Shown here: positions 27,501 through 40,112 of the stretch, piece by piece
Layout: every line of letters begins with the position of its first letter
Position numbering within the stretch: position 1 is the stretch's first letter
Assembly: GCA_965644265.1 (NCBI GenBank)
Contig: OZ286463.1
Coordinates: forward strand, 74,710,001 to 74,774,000
DNA length: 64,000 nt
DNA from: Glycera tridactyla
Taxonomy: Eukaryota
Direction of reading: 5' to 3'
The notes under the pieces: generated by a model
What the model saw: the letters and a program-made list of their open reading frames with translations, nothing else
Told to the model about the DNA's origin: nothing
Databases searched by the model: none
Made by a program: the position numbers and the translations under genes

Positions 27501-30399
27501 ACAGAAGTGTTCAATTTCAATAATTTACTCGGATACAGTACATTTCGGGTATTTTGTGCTTTTTTGTCCAATACAGAAAAAGAGAACAGCACACTATAAG
27601 CACCTATTAGAATCCCCCTGCTCTGAAGAGTGCTGTGTCTATACTTAGCTCAGAAAATATACATTAACTGTCTGGATATACAGCTAGCATCAAGCTAGCC
27701 AATGTCATCATTCTTTTTTTTTAATTCGCATCTCTCTTAAAGAACCAGTAATAGGGAAAATCATGGATCTGAAGGGAAGCAGACCTAATAAAGATGATTT
27801 GCCTTTGCGATCATGCGAATAATTTCATGCAATATTCTCTTCATTTCATTGGACAGGGAGAACAAATAATGAAATCAATATATTTGCAACAGGCTCATCA
27901 CACAAAATTGCATCTGAGACTATGATTAGCAGAAAGGGAACATAAATTTCATTTCTCACTTTGATAACATCTATATACATCTATTGGACTTGAAATCGAC
28001 ACGATATACGTCACTTGCATGAGTGTAAGTAGCGGTAGTACTATTGATTATGGTGGGTATCATTGGGTGAAATGATGAAGAAATTTGAGCTGTGTATGTT
28101 GAGAACAAAATTGCCACCCCGACTGGAAACTGGCACAACTACCATCATCCCCAGATACAATCATCGTTAATACTGTTTTCACAACCTTGGATCATCATGC
28201 CTCTAATTATTCCCACAGTCGCCAAATTCCAATACCACATGACTTTGATATGGCATATATCATGTGCATGCTTTAGAGAGAAAATAGCTGTAGTTCACAG
28301 AGAATACTGTTCAATCATTTAGATCAGCATTCACAGCTCAATGCCTTCAGCATTTCGACAGACGAAGAACCCAAATTGTGGTAAATTTCTTTGAACATGC
28401 ATGTACTAATACTTCCTATGATCATCAACCTACATCATAACTAATAATTGATCGATATTCACCTATATCATCACCACTCTCAATTTCAGAATTCTTCAAA
28501 TCGAAATTTAATGAATCACAATTGACCTAATCATTGGCTTCATGATTAGACAAGATAATGTCTTCAGTCAAACATTGAGAACCGATCAGAAAGGACTCTG
28601 GGAAGGAGCAATCTCTTCCATACTCTTGTGACTTTTAGGAGATGGACAGAATGGGGCATTCTTTGGCATTGTGTTGAGCATCTTCCTCTACTACATTTAT
28701 CAAGATGTAATGTGATATGTTTATTTGAGACCAAAACAGCACTGAAATACCTTCTATCATATAGGATTGATATCAGTGCATAAAGAAATGCACAAAAGAA
28801 TGCGTTCCCACCAGGTAAAGTTCCAATCAAGTTTGATTTCTCATTGCTCCATTATCTTTGGCTAGTTGAAAAGTATGCAGAAATGACCAATTATCATCAC
28901 TGCCATACAATTAAGAATATCTTGCAGAAAGAACATCTTGTGTTGAGACTCTCCACCAGCAAGACTAGGTGGAATCTGATTACTATTGTGGTCTTATATT
29001 GGAAAGGATTGAACATTTGGATTTGTCGAGGAACGGGATAATGTCACTTTATGTGGCTCCAGAATGGATACGAGGATTAACTGATGAGATACATGATAAA
29101 AAAAAAAAAAACAGGTAGGCAGAATTTCAGGGTGCCTGGAAATTCTCCCAGTTTGTGACGTTCCCTCATGCATATCACCCAAGACAGCTCTCAATCCACC
29201 ATAGCTTCCAATCCAACATCTCACAGAAAAAAGAGAGGAGCTTACGCAGCATATGAGATCAGGTAGTGCATAATTTATGGTTTCATGCAGATTTCAACCG
29301 ACCATTGATAAGTCAATCATTTCTGGTGAAATATACAAGCCTCACTGACAATTGACAATTCACTACATCATGAAATATAGGATTCATATATTTGAGTCAA
29401 AAAGTGATGCTGAATGAATTATATATGTCCACGAATTTCCGGAATTGAAATGTTTCGGAACTATCTCCAAAATACCGTAGTCAATGATAAAACAATGATT
29501 TACACATTGGCGCAAATGATATGGTGCGATATCTATGTCAGGCAAAGCACAAAACAGTTCATTGTATATATATATCTATATATACTAGAGGAAGCTGTTC
29601 AAAATTGATTGTATCACCCATCATACTCGTGGGCATTGATCTCATGATGATATATGTCACCTTGATTTACTTCCCTGAATCTCGGATTTCCAGTTGTCGT
29701 TTAGGCATCATTTACCACCGCATCTCACTAAAGAAATGTGCTGACTGGCAAAGAATCAGCCGTTTCACACAGAGCAAGAGAAGACTACAAAGTACGAATC
29801 TATCATCAGATTACAATGAGAGTAAGATGGGTTGTATACTTAAGCCAGTAATGTACTCAAAACCAAAACATCTATGTTCAATATTACCCTGATTAATGCA
29901 TGTTGAGAAGGTGGAATACCAATATTTCAATAAATACTGCTATTCTAACAACTACTATTGTTCATAAGGCTTGTATAGATCAGTTTAACATTGGTGTAGT
30001 AATGACAGAAGACTACAAAAATTGTTGAGGACAGTGACAAGGGTGTGCTCGAAGTTTATCAGACACTCAAGCACATGCTATAATTTGAGTTCTTCTATGA
30101 GAGCATGCAAAATTCATGTGTCCCAACTCTGCTAAGTTCGCACATTGACTGTATTTGATTACACAGCTCCTATACAGTATGCAGCACATAACGTACTGTT
30201 TCAAAACACACCAGCTCGAGACGAACATCTTCAGAATCATTGGCGGCACACATTTAACTCGTCCCAAAAGCAACCAATGTCATTCCAACACAAAGCCATT
30301 CCTTGCGAATGGTCCGGTGTCGACTTAACACGGATTACCCTGAGATAGACAGCTCTAGAAGAAGAAGCTTCCCAGTCATATTAATAACTTGGCAATAAT

Positions 30400-31806
30400 A
30401 ATGATGATTGATAATTATAACAAGTTTATTTTTGTGATTTTTTTTCGCTTAAATCAAATCACACATGAATACAACAAAAGCAACATTAACAATTGAAACA
30501 CCGCAAACAAAACTACAACATGCCACCTTGTAATCATTGAATATACTACAAATCCATCATGATTGTGCCACCACCATATACACACCCAACCCAATTTACT
30601 GCATGCAGCAGAAGCCATCCGGATTGCTACTGCTGATATCCATTTTATCAGTTTATCTCAATTTCTCCTAACCTGCATAGCTTGAGAAATATATCTGTGC
30701 AAAAGTTTGCAGAGAACTTCAGGAGAGAATGAAAGCATCACGACTGTCTTTCCGGTAATGTTTGATGAAGTAATGAGATACATTCAACAGAGACGCAAAT
30801 GCTCACAGACAATGAATTCAAACTGAAGACAAGTGTCTATATGACAGAGAGCATTCATGCTTTTGGCCAACTACATATGCCCAAATCACACAATCCGACA
30901 CTATTTTTGATCATATATCACTTAGGGCCTCAGCCTTAGCATCCCTAGAGTGATCTGAATCTCTGCAATCCCCGATGCAGATGCCATCGAGGCAACAGCA
31001 CTATGATACGCCGTCAATAATGCATGATGAGGATGGGGAGTGCTCAGGATTGTGGAGCAAGGCCTTTCATACTGGCGATGGAATACGTCACAAACTTCTC
31101 ATAAACATGGACTGGACATGATGACTGAATGGCACAACCAGGAGGAGAACAAATCTCTTGACGAGAGAACAAAGTTTGTCCTGATATAATTATGTGTTTA
31201 TATGGATCACAAAACGAAGAGGTGAAGTTGATCTGTACGCTGTGCCAGCACTAATATGCTTATGTCTACGTACAATGTTGCAGCGCAGGCATTAATATCA
31301 GGCTAGACGCCCGCAGTCCAGTCCTACATCACCCTATTACACACGGACAACATGCAAGAACAGTACATTGATTGCAAAAGCTTTGCGTTGGATGGCAAGA
31401 TTGTGTATAAATTAGTGAGTGGCAAAATTACATACACCCCAAAAAACAACTTCAAAGTCCAATAGTTTGGCTAAAACCCCTTCACAAGACATAAATACAA
31501 TTTTTGTTTTAGTGTACACTACACTACATCAACATCAAGAGTAACTTGTTTCAGTAAACACCACAAAACATCCCAAAATCCACAATAAATTCTTTATAGT
31601 TATCATCTAATAACTGGCGCTCTCAATGCGTGAATGCACACACAAGGGTTGCTGCCGGCGCCCGATACTTGTAGACCTCCGCCATAGGAGTGGCACGCAC
31701 AAGACGTGGCTGACAAGAACGACAGCACGAAAACGCAACAGTAGAGGATTCCATAAACACGTCAGACGACACGCGGTTACAGGGTACAGACGCCACGCCA
31801 TGTAAT
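30400..31806 (-). other. CELF1/2: Probable non-coding terminal (3'UTR) exon of the CELF1/2 gene; left end approximate and may extend several kb further
   Basis: Strong acceptor ...CTGACtcttttatttaatcatcactgctttatatcttctctcAG|ATTACA (exon starts 31806); GU-rich text follows; the first AATAAA I found is at 30425-30430, with U-rich context. Confidence 0.55.
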
Positions 31807-34800
31807 CTGAGAGAAGATATAAAGCAGTGATGATTAAATAAAAGAGTCAGCAGCGGGAGGGCGGCTTGCCTTCCATATATAGAGGGCACCACTAGAGACG
31901 TTCTTAACCCTTTCCCTCCTATATCATGCATACAATATGGCAACATCCCTCTAATCCTAACATTTTCCCCAACTGGTATCAGCTCAATATCCCACCTTAG
32001 TATCTACCCTGCAAGACAACCTTGAGATCAACAATCGAGGCATGATTTGGGAGGTCAAAACTTCAGAAATCATGCCCCAAGCATGAAATTTCAGAAGGTT
32101 TCAATGGCTATGTATGCCCATAAAAACATCTACCTAATCTCAATTATCTCAACCTTTTCATACTCACAAATTTTTATTTTCTACTGCATGGGAGAATGAC
32201 AAATTGAATGAAAACCATATGCAACAGTCAAAATTGCACATGCATTTTAAAGACAATAAGACAGAAGCAGCATGGAATATGCAATAATTATAAAAGATCC
32301 CGTAAAAGATCTGAACTTCTCATAAGAACAGTTTTTATTTTGAACTGAATTCTCACCAATTTTCTTGACAAATATTTCTGCCGAGAGCATTTTCTTGGTA
32401 ATTGCCCATGAACGACAAAGTGGTATCAAACTCCCTTTATTACATTCAATGGTTTGTGATATTAGTGTTCAAGTATGTCACTATAATCTCATATTTTGGG
32501 CTGAAAGTATCTGTCATGCTTCTTGAAAGAATAATTCATTCCACATATGTGTCCAGATTTTGGCCCCACGTCTATCATATGGAAATCCAATGTGCCAAAC
32601 ATTCATTCTCCATGTAGCTTCCATCTTCAATTCATATATGAACATTCAATCATCAGACATGACTCAAAGCACCAGGCATTAGGGACTGCTAATTCATATA
32701 TATATCAAAAGTAGAAGAGAAATTGATGGATTCACAGCAAGCAGCACTAACTAAGAATGAAACACATCATGCACACAACATATGCAAGTGTTGAAATGGA
32801 TGGGCTCTGGAGGGGTGTATCTAGGTGTTATTCTGCAAACAAGATCCTGCTTTCACCAAATGAATCACCATCATATGCTTTGCCATAAAAAAGAATCAGC
32901 AATGTTTTCGTATCACAGATGAGCTGTTTCAAAATCAGATCACCAATGACAAGGTCTTTTGTATGAAATTTTTCGAAATGTTCTACAGTTTCAAAGATGT
33001 ATTTGAGAAGAATCAGGGATAGGTCTGTAACATATCCTACAATGATGGGCCGACAAATTCCATCCATAGCGATGTAATGACATGATTTTGGGCAACTGAA
33101 AATGCAACTGTCTACTGATGAATGTGGAATGAAGTGCATCTTTCAGACAAAATTTATTCAATAATGGTGATCCCAGGGATATTCCAACACCATGCACTGT
33201 GCCAGAAGGCACATGGACTGAGGAAAGAGCACATACTGTGCTGTATAATGCACCTAGAAGGCACATGAGATTCAGCATACTTTCATCAGCTGACATGATT
33301 CAGGGCAAACGTTTCTCTGGTAGAGAAATCCTGCATGTGCTGAAGTGACGAATATTGATCAATCCCTCAATTTCCACAAGAGAGTCCCCATGAATCTGAC
33401 AATATTCATGATATAGTGACAGGGTGCATGACGATAAAAAGGAAAGGGGACAGGACCTGAATTTTTTGAAAAGTGACTTTGAACTGATCGACATTGTGGC
33501 TTTTGGTGTCATCGTGCATTGAACTTTATGCAAAAATGAATCAGCTCTCTCCCATTGGCCTAGCAGAGTTCCACCGAATCTGATCTATCCTATTCATTTC
33601 AATATATACAGTAGAATATGAAACTATACAATGAAATGAAGTCATTTCCCTTTGGCAGGGAACTATATGAAATATCATTTTGATATCATCAGAATTATAC
33701 AATGTATGGAAATAGTATGTCACTTGATATCTCAGCTTTGACGGGCATGGGTGAAGTTGCTTGGAAAATGTGTCAATATAGAGGTATTTCTGAGAGCCCC
33801 TGCTCTTTTTGGCAGAGACAAATACACCTATAGGAGACCAACTGTCTTTTTTTGTCATTCAGAGCAGTGTCTAATCACAGGTCTCAGCATATATTACAGA
33901 AGAGTTCATTCCTTCAAATATTTATTGACAAGATGCAGCAATCTGCCCCTCATTCAAATAGGTTCTTGATGATTGATAAAACTTAAGGATTGACAGTCCT
34001 AACTGCTAATAAGTATCGGGGGTTGACAGAGTGGAACAAGTTAAAAAGACAATGACAGGAGGAATTAAGAGAAAGCCTCTTTGTGGTGCTCTACTACATA
34101 TGGCATGCATCATCATTCATAGGTACGGATAAAGGGCATAGAGCGAGAGCGTGAAAAAAAGGCGAAAAATTAAAATGAAGTGAGTGATACAATGGGATTG
34201 GATAGATGTGGACCTAAACATGCTGTCTGTGCATACATCTCCATCGCCAATGAGATGAGATTCATACGATGTAGAAGCGATTTCCCGTTTATTTTTTTGC
34301 GGGCAAGATTGCATCTCAGGACTGAAATCAGGATATGAGATACTATCCCTGGATGTGATACATTTATTTGTTTCAGTCATGCAAGCCAAACTGATATTGT
34401 CCACTCTTGTGGATTGAGAGGTCCCATAAATTTTATCAATTTTGGTCAATATTGTGTAGTCTCTTATGCAGCCTCCGAATGAGGCACATGCTAAAGTAGT
34501 TACTCATCACCATCTGGGTTCTTTCAGACTGAATTCTTCAATGGTAATTTGTCTTACCCACACCAGTACCTACATTAAACCATAAAAATATCTGAGGTGA
34601 GTTGGACACTGAGATTATCCAATTATGAAATATCAATATTCAATTAATGAAATGCAGCAAATGAGAGGCAATACGCTTAGGCTCCTTTTGCAGAATAGGT
34701 CAAAATACTGGCATGACAAAAAAGTGCGGAAAAGCATAGAAAAAGGCAGAAGGGAGAGCTGGTTAACAATTTTTTAAATACATTCGGATGTGCATATCTT

Positions 34801-35423
34801 TCAACCCTGAAGATTGAAGCTTGAAAGTTGTTTTATTTTCAAGATCAAGTGACGCAGTAAGATGTGGATGGAAATATGTTAAAAGGATCACCTCTCATAG
34901 AAATCCACCTGCATGAAAGGTAGAGTTGCATCCAAAACATTTGGAATGTTGTGCCCTCAAATCTGACAATGGGAAGTGAAAGCCTAAATGATTCAGCAAG
35001 CATTGCAGCCCTTGATTATCTTGAAACTGGGCCCATACATGGTAAAATGTGGTAAATGTCCCCATGCCTCTCTCTGTATGCAACCACATTCAAAGAGTGA
35101 CTACTTAGATATAACCATGGTGCTATTGTGCACCTCGAACAATCAAACTAAGACTCAAATTAAAATGTTGCGCCATACTGCAATATATGGTGTTCCCTGA
35201 GGGATGCTATGATATAGCTCTCAAGAATACAGCCAGAGAAGAGAGTGAGAAGGTTGGGGGGATACACTGCACAACACACAACACGATCTACAGTGACACT
35301 ACAGAAACACATGCAAAAGACATGAAATCTTGGATCTCCCACGATGAAACCCTCCCCAGATTCATAATCTCACAGATAAAATTGTGAATATGAATAATCC
35401 CTTCCCCTTTCTACTTAGCAGTA

Positions 35424-35551
35424 CAGTGAAACCTGCGACGAGAGATCCCTCAGTGAGAGATAACATTTTCAGGGCAGCTCCTCTATTCGACATAGTCAAA
35501 TATACCTTTTTCTATGACATTTAGGGAAATATCTGGTCATAGATTTTACTG
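35424..35551. mobile_element. Short MITE with TA flanks
   Basis: TA|CAGTGAAACCT ... AGATTTTACTG|TA terminal inverted repeats. Confidence 0.65.
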
Positions 35552-36990
35552 TATTGATAAAAAGAGTAGCATGCACAGAACTTGAATCAACAAAACTCAT
35601 CCGAGAAGAATGCTTCAGAACTAGACATTTCTGAGGAGACCAAAACAAAACTGATCAAATCTGTTAAATCCAAATGTCATGGGTATATTTCATATTCACA
35701 TTGTAATATTGAGCGTAATATTGCAATGGGTAAATATTCACTCACCTTTCACACTTGATGAAGTGCGAATTGCAGCACTCGGCTATGATACTATTGACAA
35801 CTATACTAGGGAAGTGATTGATTTCACCCATATTCAATCCCATTTCAAGGTGACGTGACATCCCTCTCGGCTTAAAACTCTTAATAAAATCCTCACCTGT
35901 TAATTGTTTTGTCCATTTGTTCGACTATGACAGAGTTACTAATGTACTCAAATCAGAGGTGTGAGCTTCCAGTCATTAAAACTGTATTCAAAGCATTGAC
36001 ATAAAATGGCTTCTCAACAGGAATTATCTCAAAAGCCCTAACAAAACTCCTACCAACAAATACCAGCTGAATGTTAATGAGAATTTCCACACTTTCTTGT
36101 TCTCAATTAATATTCACAAGCTTGACCGCTGGTCTCCATATAACCAATATAATGCCCAAAATATAGTTCAGTTTTTAACCCCGATAGGGTCCATGATTAC
36201 AAAAGCCCGAAACTCTCGATGAAAAAATGCTAGGAGCAAATATTTCATAGACAAGAATTAATGAGCTTTGAAGAATTATTTGTTTCTCCATTCATAGCAG
36301 CACAGAGTCATTGGTTGCTCACCCCACTTTGATGATATATTTGAACAGATACGGCTAATCCTCTCCAGACTACCATAACTACTTTTTTCAGCTGGAATGA
36401 TTGGACTCTCAAACAGTTTCTGTTGACATACCTTCAGCTCCTCCTGCAGACATCTTCAATGCACTTTCATATATAACAGGTGTCAAAATGTTTCTCATAC
36501 ACACCATGTGATGACCATCTGGCACTTTTATCCTAACAAAGAGCATCTACTGAACCATTTTGCACCCATCTTCAGCCTCGTTGTTCTGATTTCCACGCTG
36601 GAGTTAGCGATGTACTGTACTGTACTGCTTCATCTGCAAATGGCTACTGCAGGTTTGCTGATGCAGGATACGATTTTCATGGAGCTTAAGGCCTCGAGAA
36701 ACTTGTGACAAAGCCACTCCAAGAGAAATTACTCATATGGTAATTATTATGTTTCAATTTCAGAATCTTAGGAAACTGCCATTACAGATGCATGATCACA
36801 TATCGATTATTCAATGAGACAGCTCAAGCAATTCAAGCTGATTTGATGAATTCATCATGGATAATGACAAGGCATATACGGGCGAAATGGTCAGTGTATA
36901 TATGTATGAATACGTACCACTGTCCAGGCTTCACTAGAATACAGTAAGATAGTATGTTATTTTTGAGTACGTACCTCAGAGTGTGAGAAG

Positions 36991-37118
36991 TCAGTATGGT
37001 TTACTGTCACTCTTGGGTCGCTTTAGCTGAACCTTAAGCCGCTTCATACCTATCTGGAAGCCATTCATAGCTTGGATGGCTGCGCCCGCACTTACTGGGT
37101 TATCGTAACTCACAAACC
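36991..37118 (-). CDS. CELF1/2: CELF1/2-type RNA-binding protein, last coding exon (second half of RRM3 and stop)
   Basis: ttgcag|GG TTT GTG... translates (G)[41 protein letters not shown], the CELF C-terminus; TGA at 36991-36993; the exon continues to a donor after 36975. Confidence 0.97.
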
Positions 37119-37291
37119 CTGCAAACAACAAACAACAACCAAATGAATCATATATTCCCTTTAACCCTCAGTAGTGGTGAGGCCTTTGCTGATACATTTC
37201 ATATATAATTGATGATTATGATGATTGAGAATACATTTACATCAGACATAGGATGCTGTATTTTCAAATCATGTGAATTTTCAATCTTGCA

Positions 37292-37508
37292 CAGGGCTCT
37301 ACATTGCTACCTGTTGGTAGCCAATTGCTACCAAATACACCCTCTGGCTACCATATTTTACCAAAATGAGGAGTCAGTCGCCCTATAATTTTGAGAGGTT
37401 GTAATTGGGAACGTTTAGACTGGCTACCAAAGTTTTACACTGGCTACCAGAATTTCCAACTTAGAAGCCAGTTGGCTCCTGAATATTTTGGCCAACCTAG
37501 AGTCCTAT
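37292..37508. mobile_element. MITE, possibly hAT-derived, in the intron splitting RRM3
   Basis: CAGGGCTCTA ... TAGAGTCCT terminal inverted repeats and internal (T)GGCTACCA repeats; no clean 8-bp target duplication seen. Confidence 0.5.
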
Positions 37509-37745
37509 AACACCAAACCTGACCCCTTCAATTTAATGGGACTGATTGATTTCAAATCATCAATCGATATCACGGCCATTCATATGCTTATCAAGATTCT
37601 TCTTGAAATGTTACCAATTCCCACCAAATGCCACCCAGATTAAATGAAATCAGATTCACTGCATTTCTGATATTACATGATGATCCCTGTTGTGAAATCA
37701 TTTGGTAACTCTACACAATTTGAAGTTTGGATCAATGCTACTCAC

Positions 37746-37889
37746 CGAAGCATTTGCTGAGATTGGTTTGCTTGTCGATGAAAACTTTCGCAGACACTAC
37801 ATTACCAAAGGGCATAAACATTTGCATGAGATCATGGTCACCAAACTCTTGGGGAAGATGATAAATAAAAAGATTGGCACCGTCCGGAC
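37746..37889 (-). CDS. CELF1/2: CELF1/2 exon encoding the first half of RRM3 (144 nt, phase 1-1)
   Basis: tttcag|GT CCG GAC...TGC TTC G|gtgag; (G)[62 protein letters not shown] and (next exon) VSYDNP are CELF1/2-type rather than CELF3-6-type (CNL, SSKVFVDRATNQ, VSFDNP). Confidence 0.97.
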
Positions 37890-38357
37890 CTGAAAAGACA
37901 CAACACAAAACATACTCATATACACGGTTGTGTGACATGCAGCATCATTCTTTCATGTTATTCACAAATTCTATAGAAGCAGGTTTCTGAAAGCTGTGAC
38001 TTTCTCAACTAACTGTGCTCATCCTTAACTTCATCATTTTAAGATACAACTTATGTCCTTTAGATAAGAGTGGAGCCTGTGATTGGACACTCTGGTGAGA
38101 GATTGGTCCCAATAGGAAACCACTTTACCTGGTTGCTTTTCAACTTACATAAAGTCAGACATATCTCTGATGAGAGACAACTTCTTAAGACTTCTGATTT
38201 CGAGACAGCAATATTCAGAGCAGTCACTCTTCACAGATTTAACTGCTCTCTGAATGATCTTACATGATAAACGTTCAGAGATGCAATGTTTCGACTAGTA
38301 AGAAGAATGATGTCGAGATGAGGTTAACGACCATGGAGTTGACATCTTGGGATACGA

Positions 38358-38558
38358 GTTACTCAAGTACTGATGGTGATTTGTTGGAAGTTGAGAAGTT
38401 TTCAGGGTGAATCCATCCGTGACGTGATCAGCCCCTAACTACGAGGTCACGTGACGACGCTTCTACAGTGCATTTGCCATGAGCTGAAGAAAGGGACCGG
38501 ATGGATTCACCTGAAAGCTTCTCAACTTTCAACAAATCACCTTGAGTACTTGAGTAAC
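38358..38558. repeat. ~60-bp inverted repeat with 78-nt spacer, formed by two hammerhead-bearing elements
   Basis: 38358-38419 and 38498-38558 are reverse complements with about 5 differences. Confidence 0.9.
38480..38524 (+). ncRNA. Minimal type-I hammerhead ribozyme-like motif (degenerate stem II)
   Basis: TGAG-CTGAAGA-(a)agg..cct-GAAA-GC-TT-CTCA; stem I 4 bp. Confidence 0.5.
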
Positions 38559-38596
38559 AATTATGCCAAGAATGATGTAATTTTAGTACAAGTTAC

Positions 38597-38692
38597 CTTC
38601 TGTCTGTTTGCCTGCGGGTGAGTTAGCCGCGGCCTGCTGGATCTGTGCAGCCGTCTGTGCTGTCTGCGTTGTGAACGCATTCGGAAAAGATG
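38597..38692 (-). CDS. CELF1/2: CELF1/2 linker exon preceding RRM3 (96 nt, phase 1-1)
   Basis: ccttttcag|CA TCT...ACA GAA G|gtaac; (A)SFPNAFTTQTAQTAAQIQQAAANSPAGKQTE(G) joins in frame to GPDG, like vertebrate ...AAGSQKEGPEG. Confidence 0.9.
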
Positions 38693-40041
38693 CTGAAAAG
38701 GTGGAGAAAGCCATTGTAATATTCTGCATTCATCGAGAAAACTATTACAATCATCAAATAATGACATCATTCCAAAAATTCCTCATTTTCAGATTCAGAT
38801 TCAAAACAACTTTGAATTTGAGAATGAAGAATTTATGGGGACAATACAATATCTCAAACATTGTGAAGATCACTGAATTAATCTTCTATCATCATATTTC
38901 ATTATGGATCCAATACTGAAGTAAAAGTCTTTTCTGATCTTTGAAAAGAACACATATCTGGATCAGTTTACATGAATGTTTGAACTGGATTTTGGCAAGA
39001 ATGCAAATCTTACAGTGCTTCTGGCACTGATTAAGTACACTTACATGCTCACAAATTGTCCAGGGGTACATTTCAAAATTTTCTGAGGACAGACTATGTA
39101 CATACACTGATTGAAACGGTACTAATGTGAGAAAAACAAATTTCTGTTTTCTCTCTGGTTGCAGTATTATTTCCTCAACTCAAACTTCCTGAGAAAAGGG
39201 AATGCAACATAGTCCAACAACTTGAATAATTCGCTGATTGAATGCATAAATATTATCACTTCCATCTGTCCTTTGATTGCCTCAACTAACGGTGGTCCTA
39301 ATTACTTGAATATCTAGTCGCTCCTGGTCCAGAAGCATTCAGAATTTTTCATAGTGTTATGTGATTGTTCATATCATGAGAGACTTTCACATGAGGCTTT
39401 CACATAACTGAACAAATGACTGGACAATTAGACATATATGGGAAATTTAATTTGGTACGTAGCATACACATGAAAAGAAGCACAATAGCCGGAATGTAGA
39501 TGAAAATGTAAATGTAAAATATAAATGTACATTGGTTTCAAATCATCCCCAATGAAGAGAGCTTTGGATAACTGAAAATACACATGTTATATCCAGGTTG
39601 ATATGGCTGTACTGGGTCATAAGGGATACATATCCATGCTTTTTTGCCTAAATATGCATAAATATGATTTCAGCATTACTCATACTGAATATCAGCGTGA
39701 TCAGTTCTTGGGATCTCCAATTGAGCGAGAATTCTCAGATTCATCAGCTACGGCCAAACCCTTTGTATTGTCATCTACATTCCAACAACTGCGCATTTGT
39801 GATCACCCAAACACATGAAACTATTGTGAGAGTTTATATGACTCGCAAACAGTCAATAAATACAAATCAACATTGTCTGAGTAGAGAAGTTCCAGTGAGA
39901 GACACTAGGGGGCACTTCATCAATGTTCCTGACATGAGCCATCTGGTGTTTCCAACTGGAACCATCTCAACAGGCAGGTGCTTCAACAAAACGTGGAACC
40001 ACCTCAGCAACACACATCACTCAGTGCATCATATTCCAGTC

Positions 40042-40112
40042 TGATTGATTGATTGATTGATTGATTGATTCATTCATTAGGTTTAATGAGATCTGGATGC
40101 TCTGTCCCCTGC
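40042..40112 (-). mobile_element. (TGAT)n tail plus short family A remnant
   Basis: TGAT run followed by GGTTTAATG and CTCTGTCCCCTGCA. Confidence 0.5.

Noticed and set aside
34801-34832. CTGAAGA...GAAA spacing like a hammerhead; also 27623-27665
   Set aside because: No stem II or stem I pairing and no valid UH cleavage site.
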